Shown here piece after piece: positions 8,630 through 18,305 of a stretch of DNA of 35,923 bases. Source of the stretch: a virus (lineage: Duplodnaviria > Caudoviricetes). The stretch spans positions 1-35,923 of the IMG/VR virus record IMGVR_UViG_3300037608_000265, one strand, 5' to 3'. The notes under the pieces are model-generated. The model made no database searches and was not told where the DNA came from. It saw only the letters and a list, made by a program, of their open reading frames with translations. How positions within the stretch are numbered: position 1 is the first letter of the stretch; each line of letters begins with the position of its first letter. The position numbers and the translations under genes are program-made.

Positions 8630-9921
8630 TATGCTTCCGTGACCTCCATGATTGCCTGTCGCGTATCGACGTAATAGGTAATCTGCGCGACGATTAAATA
8701 ATCGTTCCCGCCGGTACCGTAAATTAGTGTATCACCCGGCTTCAGAAAAAGATCCGGCAGCGATCTGATCCGTCTTTTCCCAGCAGCGTTTAATCCGTAA
8801 AAGGTATTCACCTTTACTTCCCGTTCCTTCGGTGCGGTAGAGGTTACCGTCTTGTGTCCCACGATCGTCATTGAATCGTTTCTCGCACCCCGGTCGAGCT
8901 GCATGGTTTCATAATCGACGCGGGCGATTTCCTCTAGGGCACGGGTCCCGTCGCTCATGAGATACCCCATCTTGATCACGATCTCCCCGTTCGGGCGGGC
9001 GGTCACGTCTGCCTCGTACAGGGTTGAATTCGGGATCACGGCGGCCAGATAGCTCGACTCACCATCCCGCAGGCGGCTTTGGAATGAGGACATCGGAATC
9101 TCGACATCTTCCAGACTATCGGGAGCCCCGGTCAGGATGCAGATATAAATTTTTTGCGCCGTCACCCTAACTGCTTTTGCCACTTCCCACACATGGGCCG
9201 GATTTCGTCCAAGGAATGTCATTGTCGCGACGGGGACCGGGCAGGCTATTGCCGTCGTTGGCGCGAGGGCGGTCAATGCCATATCGCCCGCGGGGGCCTC
9301 TGCATGACGATAAGGAGCATGGGCAATCAAGGTCATGTCTGCAACAGGCACGTCGCTCGACCACTCAACGATCAGAAGCGGGTAATCCTCGAACTCAGGG
9401 TAGCTTTCATGGTGATTATAAGCGTAAGATCCGCGATAAGCCTCTGCGGTACTACTGGCGTCCTGGAGGAAGACCATCATGGCGTTGCCGGGTTGCCATC
9501 CCTCCCGGTCAATAACATTCTGAATGATTGACGAAATATCAGGGGAATCAAATTCCTCATTCAGAATGACCGTTTTAACACCGGTCCACGCCACCGAGTC
9601 CGTTTTGGTTGCATCGATATAGTCATCGCGGATTGCAAGTTGCTCCGCGTCGTCGGTATCGTGCATTGATATGGTCAGGTTGACGGTATTGGCGGAATAG
9701 GCCGCGTTTGCGGTAAAACGCAGGATTGCCGATGTAATAACCGCGCCTCTGGGAATGGTGACATCCTGAAAGCGGGCGTACATACTCAACGACCCGCCCC
9801 ATCCAGCCGAATGCCCCATGAAATTATTGCTGGCGGAATCGGGCGGATCGATCTGGATCATCGTTCCATTGATCCATCCGTCATCCGTTCCATCCAGCGA
9901 TGAGTAAATACCGCTTCCCAT
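8629..9921 (-). CDS. Tail protein with N-terminal DNRLRE/CBM96-like beta-sandwich and C-terminal baseplate-hub-like region
   Basis: RFQDVTIPRGAVITSAILRFTA...SPDISSIIQNVI...GW..GN...PLLIVEW resembles disaggregatase-related surface domains; lies after the tape measure/distal tail genes. Confidence 0.6.
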   Translation of the reverse strand: MGSGIYSSLDGTDDGWINGTMIQIDPPDSASNNFMGHSAGWGGSLSMYARFQDVTIPRGAVITSAILRFTANAAYSANTVNLTISMHDTDDAEQLAIRDDYIDATKTDSVAWTGVKTVILNEEFDSPDISSIIQNVIDREGWQPGNAMMVFLQDASSTAEAYRGSYAYNHHESYPEFEDYPLLIVEWSSDVPVADMTLIAHAPYRHAEAPAGDMALTALAPTTAIACPVPVATMTFLGRNPAHVWEVAKAVRVTAQKIYICILTGAPDSLEDVEIPMSSFQSRLRDGESSYLAAVIPNSTLYEADVTARPNGEIVIKMGYLMSDGTRALEEIARVDYETMQLDRGARNDSMTIVGHKTVTSTAPKEREVKVNTFYGLNAAGKRRIRSLPDLFLKPGDTLIYGTGGNDYLIVAQITYYVDTRQAIMEVTEA

Positions 9922-9930
9922 TTTAGCGCC

Positions 9931-10398
9931 TTAGTTGGTAATAATGCCGCTTGGACTCCATTGGATCGTGTAATCGACACCCGAAACCGTTATATCCGCG
10001 GGAGTCGCATCCAATAAAATATACCCGATTAAGGGATTCACTATTGCCGGAGATCCCGTCGATTTTGCCGCGTACATGATTCCGTATCGAAACGTCGCCG
10101 TAAGCGCCGTCCATGTGAGATCGGCGGCGTCGAATTTGCCTTGTGACGGCGAATCTGTACTCGTGACGGTCTTTCCGGTCAGTGCTTCCCCTCCGTCCGT
10201 GTAACCGTTATCAGGGGATGCGACGGCGACCACTTCCGGATCGGGCGAGGCCATTACATCGCCCAGGATGTCATGGGCAATCGATGGGGTATACGCCGAC
10301 GTTACCAGTGCAACCTTGATCGTGTCCGTTAAAAGGTCAATCGTCCCGTCGAGGATATATTTCCGGGCCGATGCGTAAAGGGTGAATGTACTCGGCAT
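9931..10398 (-). CDS. Virion structural (tail-associated) protein
   Basis: IDLLTDTIKVALVT...GYTDGG..L...FDAADLTW motifs are common in phage tail-region proteins. Confidence 0.7.
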   Translation of the reverse strand: MPSTFTLYASARKYILDGTIDLLTDTIKVALVTSAYTPSIAHDILGDVMASPDPEVVAVASPDNGYTDGGEALTGKTVTSTDSPSQGKFDAADLTWTALTATFRYGIMYAAKSTGSPAIVNPLIGYILLDATPADITVSGVDYTIQWSPSGIITN

Positions 10399-10399
10399 C

Positions 10400-10777
10400 T
10401 TATGAACCTCCTATGTCTTCGATAACGCTTAATATCAATACCGCCGTTCCATCGGCATCAACGTAATACCTCTGAGGGACCGCGGCAAAGGCGGACTCGT
10501 TCGTAGTGACCACGATCTCGTTGTACGTTCCGACCAGATACGACATGAAATCGACCACGGTTTTCGTCGGGGCCTTCACTTTGACCGTAATATCCCGATC
10601 CGCCGCCGAGCATCCGGTGTCGTTGACGATACAGCCCCCGTCCAGCGTGGCAATTTTACTCATCCGCCGTTCCCGTTGCCGGTTTCGTTGTGCGTCCTCT
10701 GCGTCAAGTACCCGGCCGGGAAAATACAAGGCCCCGTTGAGATCAAGTGTGACTGTCGAAACGCCTATTCCATCCAT
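10400..10777 (-). CDS. Distal tail protein-like hypothetical
   Basis: Immediately after the tape measure gene; RRMSKIATLDGG motif. Confidence 0.55.
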   Translation of the reverse strand: MDGIGVSTVTLDLNGALYFPGRVLDAEDAQRNRQRERRMSKIATLDGGCIVNDTGCSAADRDITVKVKAPTKTVVDFMSYLVGTYNEIVVTTNESAFAAVPQRYYVDADGTAVLILSVIEDIGGS

Positions 10778-10778
10778 C

Positions 10779-13406
10779 TTATGCTCCTACCAGGGCCGTA
10801 AACCCCTCGGCATTCGCCCTAACCTGAATCGCGTGTAAAATTTCATACATAAAGCCTTCAAGGTGCGGGGCCAGCCCCGTCCCGTCGATCTGAATCAAAG
10901 CCTTTCCCTGCCTGATAGAATCCGCCCGGGCCAAAGACTCCCTTGTTTGAGCGTCAAGGAGTTTCTTTTGGCTTTCCAATAGGTCCTCGCGCATTGATGT
11001 CTCTCGTTCCAATAGGCCTAAAAGGTCCCAACTCTGAGAGGACGAGTTCATGTCTTTCAGGATATTCCCGAACGCGATGGATACATCCGTTGAAGCCTTA
11101 AATTCTTCGCCAATAGTGGTGAAAATAACCTTGAGTTTCTCCGCCTGGGCCTCGATGTCGGCAATATCAACCTTTGCCTTCCACTCCATCGCCTTCTGGA
11201 CTACAGCGGATTGCTCCTTGATTCGTATTTCATCGAGCCGAAACTGGGCGTCGATTATTTTCTGTGCCGGGGCCACTTCATCGATCTTTTTCTTTGTCGC
11301 GTCGAGGTTGTCCTGATTGGTCTTTAAGCCGATATTGGTAATCAGGGTGGACCCGTCGGGAAGCGTCTCGGTAATCAGACCCCATGTGTCGGTGATTGAT
11401 TGCTTGTCCGCTTTCGTGACGATGGTGATGTCTTTTTTGTCGGGCAGGGCATCCATCTCCGCGCCGAGGCCCTCGACTTCATTGGCCGATCCCTGTGCTT
11501 CTTTGGTTAAGCCCTTGAGCGCGTCTCTGTATCTGTCGCTTGACGCCGTCGCTGCGTTCGATCCGGTATCCACTCCTGCCAAAGAGTTGGTGAGTTTGTC
11601 CGTTGACGCCACAAGATCGCTGTTTGCCTCGGCGAGTAGATCATCAAGAATCTTGACTCGCTCGGAAGTTCTGACAAGGGCGTCCGACATATCAAGGCCG
11701 GGAATATAATCAAGAAGCTCCGCCATGCCCTTCGACGCATGGGCAAAGACCGTCGCCAGAGACAGCACGGCAACCTTAATCGCATTCATCCCGTTATTGA
11801 TGGCATTAAAGGAGTTCGTCACAACCCATGACATAGCCTCAGAATCCTGGCCGATCAAAAAGAAGATGGTCCCGACCACCGGGCCGAATGTTTTGTATGC
11901 CAAAGCCGCGGCGGAGATATTCCCGACAAGAGCCTTATTCGCTCCGTCAAGGCTGTTCACGCCGTCGATCACTCGAAGTATGGCCGATCCAAACGGGCCA
12001 AAAACTTGAATCATCCCCCGGGTTAGATCGGTGAGGGTCGTCATGGAATCGACAACGCGCTGGATCGCATTGGCCAGGCTCGCGGAATCCGTGCCAGCGA
12101 AAAGGCTTTTAAGGCCACTGGAAACATCTTCTAATGCTCTGATAAGCTCCGACCAATCGACCAGCTTAAAGGCTTCTGGAAGCTCTTTGGCTATGTCCCT
12201 TACGATCTTTCCGACGTCAAGCCCCATATCCCTAAATGCTTTCAGGATTGGCAGAAAAACGTCATCGTCAATGGAGATTTTGAGGCCCTTAAATAACTCG
12301 GCGAGAGAAGTGGCAACTTCACCATAGGCGGGCATCAACTCTTGACCGATTCCAATCAACGCCGCCGTGATGGAGTTTTTAAGTTTCTGGTTCAGGTTTT
12401 CAAATTCATCGGCGACTTTCTTGTAGGCCGTGGCCGTCGCTCCGGCGGACTCGTCCATCGCAGCCAGGGCGTCCTTGAACTTCCCGGTCTTATCTGAGGC
12501 CAATACCAAAACGGCGTTTAATCCCTCGACAGAGCCAAAAAGTTTGGACATCTGGTCAATGTTCCCGCCTGTCGCTCGCCACGCATCCCACAAAACGCCT
12601 TCAAGGCCCTTCGTCTTTAAGGCCGTTGAATTAAACTGAATCCCGAGGGCTTTGGCCGTTTCTTCGGCGTCGCCCGTCGGTTTAATTATATTGGATATCG
12701 CCGCTTTCAGCCCGGTAATCGCCTGAGAGGTCGGTAGACCGGAAACGGTCAGGGCGGCTACTGCGGCGGATAAAGTCTCAAATGGTATTCCTGCACCTGC
12801 TGCCAGTCCTGTTACCTGGGCGAGTGTCGTTGACAGTTCGCTCATCGTCGTTTGGCCGAGGCGAACCGTTGTGAACATGATGTCGGAGTAGCGCGTGGCT
12901 TCCGATGTTTCGGCTCCGTAGGCGTTGAGCGTTGAAACCAGAGCTTTCGTGGTATCGTTGAGATCGGACCTACCTGCGACGGATAACTGCTCCGCAGTCT
13001 TTACGAAGTCCAGCGAATCCTTGTAATCCACACCCGCGGATACGGCGTTGTAAACAGCCTGATTGATCTGGTCTATGGATTTTACGGAATCGACGGAATA
13101 GGCGAGTATCTGTTCCCGGAACTCCGCAATCGGTTTGCCGGTATCGTTGATGAGGGTTGTAATCTCGCTAAAAGCCCCGCCGAATTTCCCGGCCTCCTGA
13201 ATTGCCTTTGTGAACGTCGCGCCGACAAGGGCAAGGATCGCCGCATCCGCCGCCAGTATCGCCCCGCCTAAATTCGCAAGAGGCCCCACGGCGCTATCAA
13301 TCGACCGGCCCAGGGACGCAAGACGGGAATCCACCGCCTGAATGCTCGGCGACATCTTATCATCGCCCTGGAATATAATGGATACGGTCTTTGCGAGGTC
13401 AGCCAT
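10779..13406 (-). CDS. Tail tape measure protein (TP901-type core)
   Basis: 875 aa, Ala/Leu-rich and helical; AVYNAVSAGV, TVRLGQTTMSELS and LFGSVEG tape-measure motifs; follows the chaperones. Confidence 0.93.
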   Translation of the reverse strand: MADLAKTVSIIFQGDDKMSPSIQAVDSRLASLGRSIDSAVGPLANLGGAILAADAAILALVGATFTKAIQEAGKFGGAFSEITTLINDTGKPIAEFREQILAYSVDSVKSIDQINQAVYNAVSAGVDYKDSLDFVKTAEQLSVAGRSDLNDTTKALVSTLNAYGAETSEATRYSDIMFTTVRLGQTTMSELSTTLAQVTGLAAGAGIPFETLSAAVAALTVSGLPTSQAITGLKAAISNIIKPTGDAEETAKALGIQFNSTALKTKGLEGVLWDAWRATGGNIDQMSKLFGSVEGLNAVLVLASDKTGKFKDALAAMDESAGATATAYKKVADEFENLNQKLKNSITAALIGIGQELMPAYGEVATSLAELFKGLKISIDDDVFLPILKAFRDMGLDVGKIVRDIAKELPEAFKLVDWSELIRALEDVSSGLKSLFAGTDSASLANAIQRVVDSMTTLTDLTRGMIQVFGPFGSAILRVIDGVNSLDGANKALVGNISAAALAYKTFGPVVGTIFFLIGQDSEAMSWVVTNSFNAINNGMNAIKVAVLSLATVFAHASKGMAELLDYIPGLDMSDALVRTSERVKILDDLLAEANSDLVASTDKLTNSLAGVDTGSNAATASSDRYRDALKGLTKEAQGSANEVEGLGAEMDALPDKKDITIVTKADKQSITDTWGLITETLPDGSTLITNIGLKTNQDNLDATKKKIDEVAPAQKIIDAQFRLDEIRIKEQSAVVQKAMEWKAKVDIADIEAQAEKLKVIFTTIGEEFKASTDVSIAFGNILKDMNSSSQSWDLLGLLERETSMREDLLESQKKLLDAQTRESLARADSIRQGKALIQIDGTGLAPHLEGFMYEILHAIQVRANAEGFTALVGA

Positions 13407-13580
13407 GGTTCGTCCTGTTGTTTAACTCGTCGTAGTAGTAGCCCCACAATTCCTGCTCCAGATCGCTCAGGTAGCCATAGGGCATGATGTCAGGTCGCAC
13501 TTCGTACAAAAACCGCTTCTTATCGTGACAGAGCGCCAGGGCGTTCTTTATTTCGACGCTTCCCCAGAGGATTGTTGCTT
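13399..13580 (-). CDS. Tail assembly chaperone gpT-like extension, reached by -1 frameshift
   Basis: The -1 frame after A AAA AAG reads ATILWGSVEIKNALALCHDKKRFLYEVRPDIMPYGYLSDLEQELWGYYYDELNNRTNHG* and ends overlapping the tape-measure ATG. Confidence 0.8.
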
Positions 13581-14012
13581 TTTTTTTACTTCGGCACCCT
13601 TCCCGGTCAAGACGGTGATCCGGTTTGTAAGGGAAAAGAACTCAACCGGAAAATGGGTGCAGAATTTGACTGCGGTTTCGTGGTCGATTGCCGGGTCGAT
13701 GCTGCCGATGGTGAACAATTCCAATCTGCGAACCACGTCGTTCGGGACGGAATCGTCGAGGCCGAGATCCGTTTTTAGCGCCTGGACCTTCTCGTGCATA
13801 TCTGGTGAGATAAGGCCCTCGAGGATGGCGGAGAGGTTCTTGTTCTTCTCCGCCGCCTCGTTGACTTTTCCGAGCTCATGCCCGGTCAAGCCCCGCACAA
13901 TCCAGACAGGGTCCGCCCCTTCCTTGTAGAAGTCCTTCAGATCGGGGACGGGTACTGTCTCTTGACGGGGTTCAAGTTTTGCGCCTTTGAATTTCTTTAA
14001 GTCAAAGTTCAT
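13548..14012 (-). CDS. Tail assembly chaperone (gpG-like)
   Basis: Between the tube and tape-measure genes; ends in a slippery run (A9G). Confidence 0.85.
   Translation of the reverse strand: MNFDLKKFKGAKLEPRQETVPVPDLKDFYKEGADPVWIVRGLTGHELGKVNEAAEKNKNLSAILEGLISPDMHEKVQALKTDLGLDDSVPNDVVRRLELFTIGSIDPAIDHETAVKFCTHFPVEFFSLTNRITVLTGKGAEVKKKQQSSGEASK
13578..13587 (-). other. Programmed -1 ribosomal frameshift site (A AAA AAG)
   Basis: GTA AAA AAA AAG in frame near the 3' end of the chaperone gene; canonical G/GT arrangement. Confidence 0.85.
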
Positions 14013-14021
14013 CGTCGCTCC

Positions 14022-15023
14022 TTAACTGGCGAACTCAACGGCGGTGGAATCGGCGGAAATGGTGCAGGTCGCCTGAATGTTATCACCCGCCGGGAAGGTT
14101 CTGGAAATGCCCAGTTTGCCCTGACAAAGCAGATAAGGAGCCTTGTTCCGATCCGGGAAGAACTTGAAGAACAGGGTTTCATCTTTCAGACTGATGAAAC
14201 TTTCCGTGATTCCGTCTTTCAGGAATGCCTTGAAACTGCCCTGACCCAAGGAAGAGGACGAGGCGCCCAAGGCGCCGCCGTAAACCTGTGTTGAAGTGAT
14301 ACTGTGCGTATTCTCCGGGGGAACGAAATCCGTGACGGGTTCCAGATCGGAAAAGACGGGCTCATTCACTTCTGCATACACGCCCTTGTAGGTCGCCGGA
14401 GATCCTGCGTGAATAGCCGGGAGAGCCGAGGCGAAGGTTACCGTTCCGTTGATGGGATCTTCCGCCCATACAGGAGAGTCGTATCGTTCTTGCGATGCTC
14501 CGGGAGACTGAAAGATCTCTGCCGCCGTAAAGAGAGCCGACGCTCCATCGGACATTTTCACCTGACAAATCTCAATCGCTCCAACGGTAATCAACGGAGG
14601 ACCTCCCGCCGCCCCTCTGTCCGTGGTGAATGCGGTCGATTCGGTTCCAGCCAACTCGGCCAATGCACCGGCCGACGTGACAATGACCGATGTGATCTTC
14701 TTCTGCCCTGCGGGAGAGGCCGCGGGCCGCGTAATCGAGAGGGCTGCATTGGCGTTAACCGTTTTCAGCACACCCGCTAGGTAACAGGTAAGGGCCGCGA
14801 CCGATACTGTATCCGCCGACGCGCCGGGAGAAACAACCCCACCCGTTGCCAGCCCGTTGGGTAATATTTCCGGCTCGTAGCCGCTTTTCTGACTCCAGAG
14901 ATCCGCACCCGTTATGGAATAGGTCTTGTGATCGCCCGAGTCTGTCATCGCGGCCATGGAGTTCAGTTCCTGACCGCTCTCATACTGAAGTTTCGCGTTT
15001 GATGCCGTGTTTACTTTTGCCAT
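14022..15023 (-). CDS. Major tail tube protein with inserted domain
   Basis: Position between tail terminator and chaperones; strong SD AGGAGG; S/A/T/G-rich, beta-like composition. Confidence 0.75.
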   Translation of the reverse strand: MAKVNTASNAKLQYESGQELNSMAAMTDSGDHKTYSITGADLWSQKSGYEPEILPNGLATGGVVSPGASADTVSVAALTCYLAGVLKTVNANAALSITRPAASPAGQKKITSVIVTSAGALAELAGTESTAFTTDRGAAGGPPLITVGAIEICQVKMSDGASALFTAAEIFQSPGASQERYDSPVWAEDPINGTVTFASALPAIHAGSPATYKGVYAEVNEPVFSDLEPVTDFVPPENTHSITSTQVYGGALGASSSSLGQGSFKAFLKDGITESFISLKDETLFFKFFPDRNKAPYLLCQGKLGISRTFPAGDNIQATCTISADSTAVEFAS

Positions 15024-15061
15024 TTTATGTTCCTCCTGTTTTGGTCATTTGATTGTTTTAA

Positions 15062-15697
15062 TTACTTCCACATATCCTTCACCCATCCGCCACATTCGTG
15101 GGGCTTCGGGGAGCCGTGGAACATGATCCACTTTGCATCTTTCGGACATCCGCGCTCCTGAAGGTTCCTCAGCTTGTAGCTGGGGGACCAGTCATACGGG
15201 AAGACGTCCGCCCCTGGTGCGGTTTTCGTGATCCACGCCTGATCGCCCCAGGTGGTGGGCCGCTTCCATTGCTCCCACACCTGCTTCTGAGAGCCGACCC
15301 GCAAAAGAAAAGCGCCCGATGCATACCCATTGTCGTCGGGTCTCATTTCCGGCGGCCAGTCGCGACAAATGGCGAAGTCCGTGGCCATATCGATCACCTC
15401 GTCGAGATCGCCGACGATGACACACGCTAGATCGAAGTAGAAAATCCGTTCCGTCTGCACACCGGGCAGCGTTTCCCTAAAAAGTGCAATCTTTTGACGC
15501 TTCTCCCATCCCGTTGGGTATTCGCAAAGAAGAGGCAATACCTTCACCTCATCCCTGATTCCGTCGGGCTTATCCGTGTAACAGATGAAGTCAAAAGTAT
15601 GGCGTCGAATGTGGCGGCGGACCCCAGAATAGAGTTTGTTTACATATTCAGGGCCGAAAGAGTCTCCCCATTTCATGCAAACGATCGTTATATCCAT
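15062..15697 (-). CDS. Glycosyltransferase (GT-A, GT8-like phage family)
   Basis: IVCMKWG..FGPEYVNKL, FICYTD, YFDLACVIVGDLD (DxD position degenerate), WGDQAWI and MFHGSPKPHE motifs. Confidence 0.8.
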   Translation of the reverse strand: MDITIVCMKWGDSFGPEYVNKLYSGVRRHIRRHTFDFICYTDKPDGIRDEVKVLPLLCEYPTGWEKRQKIALFRETLPGVQTERIFYFDLACVIVGDLDEVIDMATDFAICRDWPPEMRPDDNGYASGAFLLRVGSQKQVWEQWKRPTTWGDQAWITKTAPGADVFPYDWSPSYKLRNLQERGCPKDAKWIMFHGSPKPHECGGWVKDMWK

Positions 15698-16527
15698 CAC
15701 GCCATTCTCCATTCGATAGGCCCTCCAGCAATCAGAACGGGCTTTCCCGTCGCAGCTTTAATCTCTTTTGCTTGCCCTTCGGCGTTTTCGACGAAAAGAT
15801 GATAGTCGGCGCTTCTGTATATCTCCGCCTTCCTGCGGGCAATGCCGTAGGTCCGACGGTCCTCGGGGCGATCAAACGGCATCATCTCCAGATGGCCATA
15901 ACTCACTTTATGGATGGCCAGCCATTCCTCCGTAAGGGCGCGATATTTTTCAAGGCGGCCCGTTACGATAGCCCCTGCTTTAACGGTCGGGATATTCAGC
16001 GGCCTCGCATCGCGGATAAAACGGGTGTACTTCTCGCCGTCGTCGTTCTCTTCCGTGGGCACGTCCTCGCAGATGACGCCGTCCATGTCAAAGCAGGCGC
16101 AGGGGGTCACGTCGTGATGGAGTAAATTCCACTGGAACGCCCTGGGTTGCGGAATCACCTTGCAATAATGGTCAACGTGGTTGCCGTCCGACACATAAAC
16201 CGCCGCATAACTGATAGAGGGGAACGGGTTTGTCGCGCTCAGGGCAATCTTTGCCCGCCTCATCGCCGCGCCGCCGTTACTGCTATCATCGACAACTAAG
16301 ACCTTTCGGATCGGCTTAGACTTGTCCAGACGTCCGCCACCTCGTGGAACGCAATCGCCCATAACAGCCTGGTTGAGTGTAAACAGTGGGACATTCCAGT
16401 GCAGAGCAAGCATCGTCGCCGGGATGATCCCGGAGCGCTCGATCCCGATCACGGCGTCGAACCGGGGCAGATCCTGAACCCAGTCGGCAATATCACGGGC
16501 AAGCTGTGCGTAAGAGACGAAATTCAC
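15697..16527 (-). CDS. Type I phosphoribosyltransferase fused to a HAD-like phosphatase
   Basis: IGIERSGIIPA and the VLVVDDSSNGGAAM PRPP-binding loop; CFDMDGVICED HAD motif I and IVTGR motif II. GTG start at 16527 with SD AGGAG. Confidence 0.8.
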   Translation of the reverse strand: MNFVSYAQLARDIADWVQDLPRFDAVIGIERSGIIPATMLALHWNVPLFTLNQAVMGDCVPRGGGRLDKSKPIRKVLVVDDSSNGGAAMRRAKIALSATNPFPSISYAAVYVSDGNHVDHYCKVIPQPRAFQWNLLHHDVTPCACFDMDGVICEDVPTEENDDGEKYTRFIRDARPLNIPTVKAGAIVTGRLEKYRALTEEWLAIHKVSYGHLEMMPFDRPEDRRTYGIARRKAEIYRSADYHLFVENAEGQAKEIKAATGKPVLIAGGPIEWRMA

Positions 16528-16529
16528 CC

Positions 16530-17120
16530 TCAACTCCTGCAAACAAATATGTAGCGCTGTCTGTGCTCCTTGCTCTCGATCCGCTCGACGGACGGCCAAT
16601 GCTCCCGGAATTTTGCCGCCCACCAGGCCGGTCCCTGTTTGATGGTCGTGTAATTGACCCCGAGACGGAAGTCGTCCCAGTCGTAAACCTGGGCAAACAG
16701 GTTGTCGCAGGTCCTCCGGATCTCCGAGAGGATGGCGTCCAGCTTGTCCGGTTCAACGCACATCAGGACATCGATGCAATAGCCCCAGTCGGCAATGGGA
16801 AAGCGTTCAGGGAGATTCCAGAGCGTGGCCGGAGTAAAAGTAAAGTCGGGCCCGATCAAGGAAAGGGCCTTTTCCTCAAGGGCGTTTTCCGCGATATCAA
16901 TCATGTTGATCTTAATGTCAGGCCGGAGCGTTTTAATCATGGTTGCCGGTCGGCCTGTTCCCGATCCGTACTCGTTGACCAGGGAGTCTTTCGCCACATG
17001 ATCGACGAATAGAGGGGCGAGTCGCTGGCCGGGAGAACCAAGACGATATTGACCTTGGCCGTTCAGATCCCAGACATCCTCAAAATGCTTTTTCACTTTT
17101 CCGTAAAGTTCATCCATCAA
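16530..17120 (-). CDS. Class I SAM-dependent methyltransferase
   Basis: VNEYGSGTGR motif I, MIDIA motif II, YCIDVLMCV. Confidence 0.8.
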   Translation of the reverse strand: MMDELYGKVKKHFEDVWDLNGQGQYRLGSPGQRLAPLFVDHVAKDSLVNEYGSGTGRPATMIKTLRPDIKINMIDIAENALEEKALSLIGPDFTFTPATLWNLPERFPIADWGYCIDVLMCVEPDKLDAILSEIRRTCDNLFAQVYDWDDFRLGVNYTTIKQGPAWWAAKFREHWPSVERIESKEHRQRYIFVCRS

Positions 17121-17298
17121 TCGATTCCTTTTCTGTCATCATTCTTGAAATCTCGCAAACCACGCTTTCCCAATATTGTTTTTGATCGGCGACGCCCCTC
17201 ATGGTTTCTTTGTGTCTTTCTGCCCACCACAACGCCCTTTCTAGTCCGTGCAGCCCCACCATGCTGGTCACTGTCTCTAGTATTGGAGTGTTAGGCAT
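17110..17298 (-). CDS. Small hypothetical protein
   Basis: 62 aa, overlapping both neighbouring genes (translational coupling). Confidence 0.6.
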   Translation of the reverse strand: MPNTPILETVTSMVGLHGLERALWWAERHKETMRGVADQKQYWESVVCEISRMMTEKESIDG

Positions 17299-17818
17299 CC
17301 AACCATTCCTCCGTGGGTGTCCCTAAAAAGTCCGCCGTCCAGCCGGACAAGGATTTCACCTTGCCCATAATCTGCTTTTTATTCCCGGCGTACTCAAACC
17401 CCTGCCGGAATGTCTCGTAATTATCACCCTTGGTATTCGATCCGTTGAGAGGACAGCCACAAAGGGTGATCCTTGAATAACCGAGCTGCAAACCCGCCAG
17501 CGCCCCGAGCATGGCCGACGATCCAGAAGGGCCGACGATGGGAACAATCATATCCACTTCGCCCTGATGCTGCTGATGGGATATAACCAGAAAGTCTGTG
17601 TTGCCTCCGTATTTATGACGCCGATCTTTGGACATCTGAATCTCGTTCGGATGATAAGTGGCGAAGTACTTGCACCACTCGCTCACCAACTCGACGGAAT
17701 CGTAACCGATCAGCATATAGTCGACGCCGTTCCGCGCTTCTTTTATGTCGAAAAACCGCATGATGTCTTCCCCGGTACAGGGAGCCGCGCCAATTATCAG
17801 GAGGACTTTACTGTTCAT
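17291..17818 (-). CDS. Maf/DUF115 (MptE-like, sialyltransferase-like fold) putative sugar transferase
   Basis: LLIIGAAPC at the N-terminus and GSSAMLGALAGLQLGYSRITLCGCPL resemble the Maf/GT42-type G.GPS...A..LG...I.L.G.D pattern. Confidence 0.55.
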   Translation of the reverse strand: MNSKVLLIIGAAPCTGEDIMRFFDIKEARNGVDYMLIGYDSVELVSEWCKYFATYHPNEIQMSKDRRHKYGGNTDFLVISHQQHQGEVDMIVPIVGPSGSSAMLGALAGLQLGYSRITLCGCPLNGSNTKGDNYETFRQGFEYAGNKKQIMGKVKSLSGWTADFLGTPTEEWLDA

Positions 17819-18305
17819 AGGGATTCCCGATCTTCGTCGAATAGGTCACCTCAAACAGGGCCGAAGCGCCCACCGTTAAATCTTCATCGTTCGGATATTC
17901 GTCCGTTCCGCCGCCCTTATAGACAATCGAATCGTCGTAAGCGGCCAGATACACGACAGGCGAAGCGGGGGAAGTAACCAATCTTCTCCGGTCCCATGTG
18001 GGGTCAGTCATGGCCTTGATGAGATCGCCCAGGATCTGTTCGGCAATAACCGAGGGATTTGTTGCCCAAAAAGCCGCAAGGCCCTCGATCCGGACCGGCA
18101 TGGTTATTTTCATAACCCCATATTCGGGTTCCACCGTTTCCGGCTGCGGGAAAACAACACAGGCGGGCAGATCTGAAGGATCGAGGTTCTTTCGTACCCG
18201 CTCAACACTTGCGCCGAGGTCTATGTTGTACCCGTTCGTCGTCGTGATCACCGCCAGGCGGGTCACGATCTGCTGAATGATTTTTTCCCTGATCGTTTCG
18301 CTCAT
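17808..18305 (-). CDS. Tail terminator protein (lambda gpU-like)
   Basis: IREKIIQQIVTRL, DLPACVVF and FEVTYST motifs; position after gpZ. Confidence 0.75.
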   Translation of the reverse strand: MSETIREKIIQQIVTRLAVITTTNGYNIDLGASVERVRKNLDPSDLPACVVFPQPETVEPEYGVMKITMPVRIEGLAAFWATNPSVIAEQILGDLIKAMTDPTWDRRRLVTSPASPVVYLAAYDDSIVYKGGGTDEYPNDEDLTVGASALFEVTYSTKIGNPYEQ

